This document shows positions 27,125 through 35,600 of a DNA stretch of 64,000 bases, one piece after another. Every line of letters starts with the position of its first letter. Position 1 is the first letter of the stretch. The notes below the pieces were generated by a model, which was given only the letters and a program-made list of their open reading frames with translations, searched no databases and was not told where the DNA came from. Source of the stretch: Bacteroidaceae bacterium (GTDB lineage: Bacteria; Bacteroidota; Bacteroidia; Bacteroidales; Bacteroidaceae); NCBI GenBank assembly GCA_045654645.1, contig JAZONR010000023.1, positions 730 to 64,729 on the forward strand, given 5' to 3'. The position numbers and the translations under genes were made by a program.

Positions 27125-27563
27125 GTACAAGAACAATTTCGCAAAATTTCTGTTCCACGAGCCCGACTCAACCTCGGGCAAGTCGATAGTGCTACTATTC
27201 GCACGCATCATTTTCGGCTTCCTGTTCCTCACCCACGGCATAGCCAAATGGGAAACATTCGCCGACTCCCCCGCCCTGTTCCCCAACCCCCTGGGGCTTG
27301 GCAGCATTCTTTCATTTTGGCTTGTTCTTTTCGCCGAGGTGTTCTGCTCAATAGGCTTTATGCTGGGCTCACTATTCCGTCTGTGCCTGATTCCAATGAT
27401 ATTCACCCTGTGCATAGCCTTTTTCATCATTCACAGCGGCGACCCACTCTCGGCAAAGGAGCCGGCACTGATGTATCTCACAATATTCTGCCTACTCTAC
27501 ATCACCGGCCCGGGGAAATACTCCATTGACGCCATACTCAAAGAGATGGCAATAAAAAATTAG
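27123..27563 (+). CDS. DoxX-family membrane protein
   Basis: 146 aa with LLFARIIFGFLFLTHGIAKW and four TM helices. Confidence 0.8.
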   Translation: MYKNNFAKFLFHEPDSTSGKSIVLLFARIIFGFLFLTHGIAKWETFADSPALFPNPLGLGSILSFWLVLFAEVFCSIGFMLGSLFRLCLIPMIFTLCIAFFIIHSGDPLSAKEPALMYLTIFCLLYITGPGKYSIDAILKEMAIKN

Positions 27564-27600
27564 CGACACAAAAACAGCCCGCTGTTTCGCACAGCAGGCA

Positions 27601-27637
27601 CAAAAAAACATAGCCGGTCCCATTTACAGGACCGGCT
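27601..27637. terminator. Hairpin terminator shared by convergent doxX and secG
   Basis: Stem agccggtcc / ggaccggct with a 7-nt loop, followed by a U-run on the minus strand. Confidence 0.7.
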
Positions 27638-27658
27638 GTCTATTATCTGTCTAATGAA

Positions 27659-27973
27659 TTAGTTTTCAGCGGGGAAAGAGGGCACGTCTCCATTGGCTGC
27701 GCCGGTGTTGTCTTCAAGTTCAAAGAGCTGCTCTGTTACAGTCTCCTTGTCCGATGCAATTGAATGTGCTGCAAGAATACTGAACACAACCATCATTGCC
27801 GCAATTGTCCAAGTAGCCTTCTCCAAGAAATCAGCAGTCTTTCTAACACCCATAATTTGGTTTGAAGATGCAAAACCCGACGCAAGACCGCCGCCCTTTG
27901 AGTTCTGAATCAAAACAATCAAACACATCAGCACTGAAGCCAAAACAATCAGTAGTACAAAAAACCCAAACAT
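27659..27973 (-). CDS. secG: Preprotein translocase subunit SecG
   Basis: 104 aa containing LIVLIQNSKGGGLASGFASSNQIMGVRKTADFLEKATW. Confidence 0.9.
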   Translation of the reverse strand: MFGFFVLLIVLASVLMCLIVLIQNSKGGGLASGFASSNQIMGVRKTADFLEKATWTIAAMMVVFSILAAHSIASDKETVTEQLFELEDNTGAANGDVPSFPAEN

Positions 27974-27974
27974 A

Positions 27975-28691
27975 TTATTCTTTTTTTGTATGTTTTATTA
28001 TTATTTCTAAAAATCTTATTTGGTCTGCAAAGTAACGATTTTTATTTGGAAATTCCAAATATAATCGTTTAATAATTTCGAGCGCCTTGTCATATTTGCC
28101 TTGCTTTATATAAATATTAGCAAGCGTTTCGGTGAAGAACGACGGCTCTGATGCCGCAACCGCAGTGCGCACCTCCACTGTTTCAGGCGCAGCGTGAGGC
28201 GCCTCGGTGCGCAAATCTATGGAAATCCTCTCATTGTCCCCGGAGAGAAAATCATCTATCAGATGCTGCCCGCGCATTTCGGGCACACTGTTTTTCTCAT
28301 CGGCAAGCGGTTTCAAATAGGCCGACACATAATCTATGGCAGCAGCTCCCTCGGCCTCGAGCGAGAAGCTGTCGGCCGGCAAAGTCCCCAAAAAGGCATC
28401 TATGAGCGACATTGTCCTGTCTACAGGAATATCTGACGGAGCCTCTTCTATGGCAGAGACTGTACCATATCCCGCCATAAGCTCGAACAGAGGCCAACGA
28501 CTCTTCAAATAGAGCGCAGCCTTGCGCATCTCCTTACCAAAATCCATATCGTGCAACAGATAGAGATTCTTTAGCATAAGCAGACGCGCCACGTCAAAAT
28601 AGGGGTACTTGCCCACTATCATACGCAACTCATAAAGCGTAGAACGATTCAGCATCTCGGGATGCTGTATGTAGGTTGAAAGATTTTCCAT
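27975..28691 (-). CDS. Conserved hypothetical protein with C-terminal TPR-like motif
   Basis: Begins MENLSTYIQHPEML and contains ...ANIYIKQGKYDKALEIIKRL. It ends 1 nt before secG. The start is set to ATG 28691; the ORF-track start 28694 is TTG. Confidence 0.6.
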   Translation of the reverse strand: MENLSTYIQHPEMLNRSTLYELRMIVGKYPYFDVARLLMLKNLYLLHDMDFGKEMRKAALYLKSRWPLFELMAGYGTVSAIEEAPSDIPVDRTMSLIDAFLGTLPADSFSLEAEGAAAIDYVSAYLKPLADEKNSVPEMRGQHLIDDFLSGDNERISIDLRTEAPHAAPETVEVRTAVAASEPSFFTETLANIYIKQGKYDKALEIIKRLYLEFPNKNRYFADQIRFLEIIIKHTKKE

Positions 28692-28701
28692 CAATTATAT
28701 A

Positions 28702-29229
28702 TTACCAGTTTGCCACAGCAGCGTTGAATATTGCATCAACAATCTCATCTATCATCTGTGTAACCAAATCCTCCTGCACCGAATCGAGCGACTGGGTAGC
28801 ATCAAAATCGCGTGTTGCGCTGAACTGGCGTTCAAAATCCTCATCGTGATTTGTATTATTGGCAAAACGCACATTCACAGTCATCTTCAGCTGCACCATT
28901 GACGAATAGCCGTCGGCCGAGATTGACTTGTTGAACTGGTCATAGGATGTAATTTCACCTGCAAGCTGCAAATCACCCCCGCGCGACACCTGCTGCAGCT
29001 TGGTTTGCTGCACAAACCTATCGCTGAGTGCATCGTTGAACATTGTTGCCATCGGGCCCCACTGATAGGCAGCACGGTTTTGAAAAGTCTCGAGAGAGAT
29101 GGTCTTCACCTTGGTATAGTCAATTGATGCACCTGTAAACTTGTAGCTCACAGTGCAACCAACAAGCAGCAGCGCAACAAGCAACAGCACTGTCGCCGTC
29201 ATTTTCTTTACAAAATCATTCAATGCCAT
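28702..29229 (-). CDS. lptE: LptE-like LPS-assembly lipoprotein
   Basis: 175 aa. The lipobox is LLLVGC/TVSYKFTGASI, and size and position match Bacteroidetes LptE-family genes. It overlaps the activator gene by 14 nt. Confidence 0.55.
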   Translation of the reverse strand: MALNDFVKKMTATVLLLVALLLVGCTVSYKFTGASIDYTKVKTISLETFQNRAAYQWGPMATMFNDALSDRFVQQTKLQQVSRGGDLQLAGEITSYDQFNKSISADGYSSMVQLKMTVNVRFANNTNHDEDFERQFSATRDFDATQSLDSVQEDLVTQMIDEIVDAIFNAAVANW

Positions 29230-30445
29230 ACTCCTTTATTTTCCTGTACAACGTACGTTCCGATATATTAAGCTCCTTGGCCGCATTCCTGCGCTTGCCA
29301 CGATTCCTCTCCAACGCAAGCAGGATGGTTTTTTTCTCCACATCATCGAGCGAAAGCGCCTCCTCTACATACTCATCAACCAAATGCTCCACCGGCTCAT
29401 AGTGCACCTTTGTCGATTGCAGTTGATAGGGAGCCGATATCTGTCCCTGCGCAACCGGCACCTCGGCAGCCTCGGCATAATAGGGAACATCGGACTTTAC
29501 ACTGCTCTGCGCCGCACGCAGGCCCTCGATCTGCTGTTTAAGGTCAGTGATGTCGCGACGCATATCAAACAAAACACTATAGAGAATCTCACGCTCGCTC
29601 TCAAAAGTCTTGTGCTCCGAGGAGTGCCCTGCAAACATCGGCAAATTGCTCTTCATTGGCTGCGGCAGGTAGTGAGAGAGCACATCGGCTGTAACCTCGC
29701 GGTTCAATTCAAGAATAGACATCTGCTCGGCTACATTTTTGAGCTGGCGTATATTACCCGGCCACGAATAGGCCACAAGAACCCTTTTTGCTGCATCATC
29801 AAGTTGCACCTTTGGAACATTATACTTTGCAGCAAAGTCCATTGAGAACTTCTTGAACAAAAGCACCACATCATCACCACGCTTGCGCAGCGGCGGCACC
29901 GAGATGGGTATGGTGCTGAGCCTGTAGTAAAGGTCTTCCCTGAAACGTCCCTCTGCTATAGCCTGGGGCAAATCGACATTCGTTGCGCAGACAATGCGCA
30001 CATCGGTCTTCTCCACATCGGATGAGCCCACGCGCAGATACTCGCCATTCTCCAGGACACGCAGCAAACGCGCCTGTGTTGCCAAGGGGAGCTCCGCAAC
30101 TTCATCAAGAAAAATAGTTCCGCCATCGGCCTCGCTAAAATAGCCTTTGCGCTCATTAACGGCACCGGTGAAGGCGCCTTTCACGTGGCCAAAGAGCTCT
30201 GAATCGATGGTACCCTCGGGTATTGCACCACAGTTCACTGCAATATACTTTCCGTGCTTGCGCACGCTGTTAGTGTGTATAATTTTAGGAAAGAACTCCT
30301 TGCCGGCACCGCTCTCGCCCGTAATGAGCACAGACAGGTCGGTCTTTGCCACCTGCATTGCAGTGTCAATAGCTCTCAGCAACGCCGGGTCATTACCAAT
30401 GATACCGAACTGCTGTTTCGTTCTTTGAACATCCTCCAAATTCAT
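29216..30445 (-). CDS. Sigma-54-dependent transcriptional activator (AAA+ plus Fis-type HTH) with no N-terminal sensor/receiver domain
   Basis: 409 aa. Walker A GESGAGKE is at about residue 43, with GAFTGA (VKGAFTGAV), an ELPLATQARLLRVLE region and a C-terminal HTH AAKELNISERTLYRKIKEYG. Confidence 0.9.
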   Translation of the reverse strand: MNLEDVQRTKQQFGIIGNDPALLRAIDTAMQVAKTDLSVLITGESGAGKEFFPKIIHTNSVRKHGKYIAVNCGAIPEGTIDSELFGHVKGAFTGAVNERKGYFSEADGGTIFLDEVAELPLATQARLLRVLENGEYLRVGSSDVEKTDVRIVCATNVDLPQAIAEGRFREDLYYRLSTIPISVPPLRKRGDDVVLLFKKFSMDFAAKYNVPKVQLDDAAKRVLVAYSWPGNIRQLKNVAEQMSILELNREVTADVLSHYLPQPMKSNLPMFAGHSSEHKTFESEREILYSVLFDMRRDITDLKQQIEGLRAAQSSVKSDVPYYAEAAEVPVAQGQISAPYQLQSTKVHYEPVEHLVDEYVEEALSLDDVEKKTILLALERNRGKRRNAAKELNISERTLYRKIKEYGIE

Positions 30446-30454
30446 ATAAATACA

Positions 30455-30512
30455 ATTTTGCTGCCAAAATTACTTATTTATTATCAAAAACAAGCAATTT
30501 TGGCAGCAAAAT
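30455..30512. repeat. 17-bp inverted repeat (two near-palindromic TTTTG-N4-CAAAA units) ending 9 nt upstream of the activator ATG
   Basis: attttgctgccaaaatt (30455-30471) is the exact reverse complement of aattttggcagcaaaat (30496-30512). The spacer is 24 nt. Confidence 0.8.
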
Positions 30513-30565
30513 AAACGCTAAGCCATTTTAATTGATGTAATGGTAAACGCCAACTCCACCCAAAA

Positions 30566-32413
30566 TCAGAAGGGGAAAAGCAGCGGCAGCACCAAAATCA
30601 TCACAATGCCAAGAATGAGTTGCAACGGAAGTCCCACCTTTATATAATCGGCAAAGGTATACTGTCCGGCCGGCTTCACAAGCGCATTGGGTGGTGTTGA
30701 GAAGGGTGAAGCAAAACAGAGACTCGCACCCAAAGTAACCGCAAAAAGCATTGGCACAGGGCTAACACCCATCGATTGCGCACAACTCATTGCCATAGGA
30801 GCCATAAGAATAGCAGTGGCAGTGTTGCTTATGAACATTGTCAGGAAAGAGGTGGTAAAATAGACCGCAGCCAAAAGAACTATCGGGTTAAAACCACCGA
30901 GCGATGTTACCAAAGATTGTGATATCCACTCCGACACACCTGTTTTCTGCAACGCAGTAGACATTGGCATCATAGCTGCAATGAGCACAATACTTTCCCA
31001 ATTTATAGTCTTGTAGGCAGCCTCAACATTCCTGAAACAGCCCGTGAGCACCATAAGCAAACCCGCAATCATAACCGCTGTTACCGGCTTGATGGGAATG
31101 AAGTCGAACACCATAACGGCAATCATCGCAAGCATTATCACGGCAGCCACAGGAGCCTTGTAGTCGAGCGTTACCTTTGCAGCCTCCTCAAGAGGACGGC
31201 CAAGCACAATCCACTCACCATTCTCGTTCTCGAGATTGGCAATATTACTCCAGGTACCCTGTACAAGCAGAATATCGCCACTGTGTATCGATACATCAGC
31301 AATATTTTGCAGAATATATTTATTCTTGCGACAAATACCAAGCACGCTCACATTGTATTTGGTGCGGAAGCCAACCTCCTTTATACTCTTGTTTATAAGT
31401 GAAGATGATGGGAGCAACACTATCTCGGCCACACCAATGTCATAGAAATCGAGACCTTTGCCACCGTCATTCTCGGGCATCAGTTCCAGTCTGTAGTCGG
31501 CCACAAACTTATCCACCGACTCACCTGTTCCCGAGATATAAAGAATATCATCGACACGCAGAACGGTATCGGGGTCGGCGGCCTGCTGAACCACATTTTT
31601 CTTCAGCAAATTACGCTGTCCTCTCTCTATGTGGCGCACCTCAATGATATTGAGGCCATACTCTTTTCTGATATCAAGCTCACCAATCAGCTTTCCGGCA
31701 GCTAACGAGCTTTGATTTACCTGTACTCGATAGAGATTGCTTGATATACCATACTCCTTCACAAGCTGCTTCAGTGATTTTCCACTGCTGGCACTGGCAC
31801 CGGTTAAAGCACCCGGCTTTGAAAGATACTTTTTGCTCAATGGCAAAAGCAGTATAGTACCCACCACCGCACAGATGAGACCCACCGGCAAGAATGTGAA
31901 GAAGCCCAAACCATCATAGCCATTCTTTATCAGCTCCTCGTTTATCACAAGGTTGGGAGGTGTACCAATGAGAGTCATCATACCACTCATACTGCTGGCA
32001 AAGGCCAATGGCATAAGCAAGCGGCTGGGATTCATCTTCATACTCATTGCCATACTCACCACAATGGGTATCATAATAGCCACTGTACCGGTGTTGCTCA
32101 CAAAAGCACCCATAAACGAAGTAACAGCCATCACCAGCACAAACAGGCGTGTTTCACTGTTCCCGGCAAGACGCATCAGTTTTGAGCTTATCATCTTGGC
32201 AAGGCCGGTCTGGAATATGGCACCACCAACCACAAAAAGGCCCACCATCATTATTATCACAGTGCTTGAAAAGCCCGAAAGAGCCTCCTCGGGAGTGAGG
32301 ATACCAAGCACAATGAGCGACACAAGGGCACACAGAGCAACAATGTCGGAACGTATTTTTCCTGTAATGAAAAACACCATTGTCAAAAGAAGTACAACAA
32401 GAGTTTCTATCAT
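30566..32413 (-). CDS. SLC13/DASS-family anion permease with two central TrkA-C (RCK_C) domains
   Basis: 615 aa. N- and C-terminal transporter halves flank a soluble region of about 190 aa (...LYRVQVNQSSLAAGKLIGELDIRKEYGLNIIEV...). Confidence 0.8.
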   Translation of the reverse strand: MIETLVVLLLTMVFFITGKIRSDIVALCALVSLIVLGILTPEEALSGFSSTVIIMMVGLFVVGGAIFQTGLAKMISSKLMRLAGNSETRLFVLVMAVTSFMGAFVSNTGTVAIMIPIVVSMAMSMKMNPSRLLMPLAFASSMSGMMTLIGTPPNLVINEELIKNGYDGLGFFTFLPVGLICAVVGTILLLPLSKKYLSKPGALTGASASSGKSLKQLVKEYGISSNLYRVQVNQSSLAAGKLIGELDIRKEYGLNIIEVRHIERGQRNLLKKNVVQQAADPDTVLRVDDILYISGTGESVDKFVADYRLELMPENDGGKGLDFYDIGVAEIVLLPSSSLINKSIKEVGFRTKYNVSVLGICRKNKYILQNIADVSIHSGDILLVQGTWSNIANLENENGEWIVLGRPLEEAAKVTLDYKAPVAAVIMLAMIAVMVFDFIPIKPVTAVMIAGLLMVLTGCFRNVEAAYKTINWESIVLIAAMMPMSTALQKTGVSEWISQSLVTSLGGFNPIVLLAAVYFTTSFLTMFISNTATAILMAPMAMSCAQSMGVSPVPMLFAVTLGASLCFASPFSTPPNALVKPAGQYTFADYIKVGLPLQLILGIVMILVLPLLFPF

Positions 32414-32435
32414 AAAAACATAAAATTAATGAGTA

Positions 32436-32443
32436 CAAAGATA
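32436..32443 (-). promoter_or_regulatory. -7 promoter box TATCTTTG for the SLC13 permease gene
   Basis: Exact TAnnTTTG 23 nt upstream of ATG 32413. Confidence 0.5.
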
Positions 32444-32559
32444 TTTAATTCTGCCATAAATGACAAACCGAGAGCCGCATTTTCTCGAGGCATCGATATT
32501 TATAGCGAACTTTTGCTTTTTTTATATGGAAAAACTACGTTTTTATCGCGCATTTTAAG

Positions 32560-32567
32560 TAAATTCG
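32560..32567 (+). promoter_or_regulatory. -7 promoter box TAAATTCG for tamB
   Basis: TAnnTTCG variant. It contains the in-frame stop that opens the tamB reading frame. Confidence 0.35.
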
Positions 32568-32667
32568 CATCTGTTTTAAAGGAGCAAAACCGCTAACAGT
32601 TGTAAAGCATATAAAAACGCTCAAATACATATCCGGCATCATAGCCCTGACAGCAGCCACACTGCTT

Positions 32668-35600
32668 GTGCTATTAGGAACGCTGCGCACCAACGCCGTG
32701 CAACATCACATTGCCAACTGCATAACAACGGAAATCAATGACAGATACGACATACCGGCAAGCGTTGGCAAGGTAGAAATATTCAGCATAAACGAAATTG
32801 CCCTTAAGGATGTGCTGTTGCTCGACCTGAATGGCGACACAGTGTTACACACCGATGAGGCCCGCGCCCATCTCGACACACGACAGCTCTTCAACGGCAA
32901 AATAAGGATAAACACAGCAAGCCTTGCATCACCAAGAATAAAGCTGAACAGAGAAACACCCGACTCTGCACTAAATATTCAGTATCTCCTTGACATATTC
33001 AACAATGGAGAAAAGAAAGAGTCGAAAGTGGACCTGCGCCTGAACCAGCTGACGGTATACGAAGGCAAGTTCACATACGATATTCTGAACACAGCACCCG
33101 ACAGCCCTCTTTTCAACCCCAACCACATTGCAATTGATGATTTGGGCTGCAACATCTCGCTTAAAAGGCTCGACAAAGAGGGCTTCGACCTTTTCATACG
33201 CTCAATAAGCGGTGAAGAACGCTGCGGCTTGCGCCTGCAGCAGTTGAGGGTTAGAGCAAGGATGGAGAACAACACACTGAGCCTTGCAGGCATGGATGCC
33301 GAGACATCGGTAAGCAACCTGCACGCAGAGGAGATAACCATTGACCTGAACAACGGCATTGAGAATTGGAGCGCAAAAGGCGCTGTGCTGTGCGAGCGTT
33401 TCTCGCCCGCCGACCTTGCCCCCTTCGTTGCTCTTCCCCCAATAGAAATTCCCGACATCACATTCACCATCGACGGTTTTTGCAACGCCGACAGCCTTGA
33501 TGCAACGCTTGCCACACGCACGCACAACAGCAGCCTGACCTTCAAAGGAAAAGCCACGCTCACCTCGCCGTTTACAAAGAAGAGGGAGGGCTGCATCAGA
33601 ATATACGAGTGTACCACAAGCGCACCGTTCATAGAGAAGGCGCTCGCCACAACAGGCAGCCCCAACAGCATAGCACCCCTTCTTGGCAGCACATCTGTAA
33701 CAGGTGAGCTGAATTTGAAGAAGGACACCATTGATGCTTCGGCCACCATCAGATGCCTCAGCGGCAACCTTGACGCAAGCGGCAGAATGACGCCCGACGG
33801 GCAATACAGCCTGCAGGCTGCCTGCAGCAATATCAAGCTGGGCAACATCACAGGAATAGCAGGGCTTGAAGGCTGTAACATTGTAGCCAATGCCAACGGC
33901 AACATACACAACGAGGAAAATCTCGCCAACATAAACGGTGAAATAACAGAACTCACATATAACCACTACACCTATGCCCCGATAGCCTTCAGCGGGCTCT
34001 ATGCCAACAAGGAGTTCAAGGCTTCGCTCGAAACGAATGATTCCAATGCAAATATCAAGGCAAGCGCAAGATACACCCCGGCAAACAACACCTTCAGGGT
34101 TACTGCAAAAGCCGACAGCGTAAGGCCATACAACCTGGCACTCACCACTGAGGACAAGGAGCAGAGCTACTCGTTCAGCCTCAACGGCGAGCACATAGGC
34201 TATAGCAAAGGAAAGAAGATTGTAAACCTGAAGATTGATAACTTCAAACTCACAGACAAGAGCGACTCCACATTCATACGCAACCTGTACATCAGCGACA
34301 ACAACACCGGCGATGAGAGGCTTTTTGTGTTCACTTCAGATTTTGCAAGAGCCAGCATATATGGCCAATTTGAGTTCCCCGACATTGTACAGAGCCTGAA
34401 GAATGCAGTGAGAAGACATATTCCTGCGCTTGCCGATGCCAAAAGCAGAAGGTGGAAGAAAACGTATAACAACTTCTACTACGATGCAAACATCACAAAC
34501 AGCAAAGCCCTGACACACATCCTGGGGTTGCCATTCACCATAAACGAGCCGTCATACATAAAAGGCGCTTTCAACGATGAGGGCAACAACCACACAATTG
34601 ATGCATCCATAAACAACATAAGCCTCAGCGGCAAGCCTATAAGGTCCATTGGAATAAGCGGAAAGTCAAACGAGAAATACTTCGATTTTAACGCACAAAT
34701 CCAAAGGCCAACCGGCAATAAGAGCAAAAAAATCGACGACAACAACATTGCCAACGATATTGTCATAAGACTAAATGCGAACATTGCCGACAACAAAATC
34801 AGGAGTATTGTAGACCTGAACGATTTCAAAAGAGAACAGGAGTTGAGAGGAATGGTGCGCATCGATGCCGACCTCTCCAAGAATGATGACGAACGACTTA
34901 AGCTCAATGCAAAAATCTTCAAGGACAGCATACTACACAAAAACGATGTGTGGCACATCAGCGAGGGCGAGGTATCGGGCAACCTCGACAAGCTCACTGC
35001 AAAAAACATAAGCCTCTACAGCAAGAGCCAGAGCCTGCTAATAGAGGGAGACATAGGGCGCACACAGGAGGACAGCCTGAAGGTCTACACCAAAGGCTTG
35101 AACCTTGGAACGATATTCGACCTGATAAACTTCCGCATACTGGAATTCGACGGCAAGGCCACCGGAACAGCCTATGTAACAGGGATACTTTCATCGCCCA
35201 ATGCTGCCGGACGTTTCAATGTAGAGGATTTCCGCATTGACGGCGGCTCTATGGGCCGTGCCGATGTATTTGCCGGTTGGGACAACAACAAGAAAAGTAT
35301 TCTTCTTGACATAGACCTCTACAATGAGAAGGACATCAGGTCAAACGTAAGCGGCTTTCTTTCACAGGCCAACGACACCATAACGCTGATGATTGACGCC
35401 AATGAAATAAACATTGCATTCCTCAACCACAAACTGAAGACATTTGTGGTAGACTCACGCGGCACAGGCACAGGCAAGGTGCACCTGCACGGCAGTTGGC
35501 GCGCTGTGGATTTCGACGGTGCGGTGGCAATGCACTGCTCAACAAAGGTTAAGGCAACAAACGTGCGCTACCACTTTATGGGAGACTCAATAAAGTTCTC

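Noticed and set aside
27089-27529. 146-aa ORF in an alternative plus-strand frame overlapping doxX almost completely
   Set aside because: The product is Arg/Pro/His-rich with no hydrophobic core, whereas the 27123 frame gives a textbook DoxX four-helix membrane protein. Only one of the two can be real.
30451-30466. Sigma-54-like -24/-12 element on the minus strand (TGGCAGCAAAATTGTA versus consensus TGGCAC-N5-TTGCW) in front of the activator gene
   Set aside because: The -12 GC is TT-G-T rather than GC. The predicted start site would fall about 3-5 nt downstream of the A of the ATG at 30445, inside the coding sequence. The match is a by-product of the inverted repeat, whose other arm carries the complementary sequence.
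32526-32558. 10-codon upstream ORF (MEKLRFYRAF) before tamB
   Set aside because: It lies upstream of the only promoter-like box (32560-67), so it is probably not on the tamB transcript. It is too short to evaluate.
32979-34194. Two long antisense ORFs (325 and 330 aa) inside tamB
   Set aside because: They lie entirely within the well-supported tamB frame on the opposite strand. Their products are low-complexity (Ser/Leu/Arg/Cys-rich) with no motifs, and they have no promoter box or terminator. They are typical shadow ORFs of a long gene with biased codon use.
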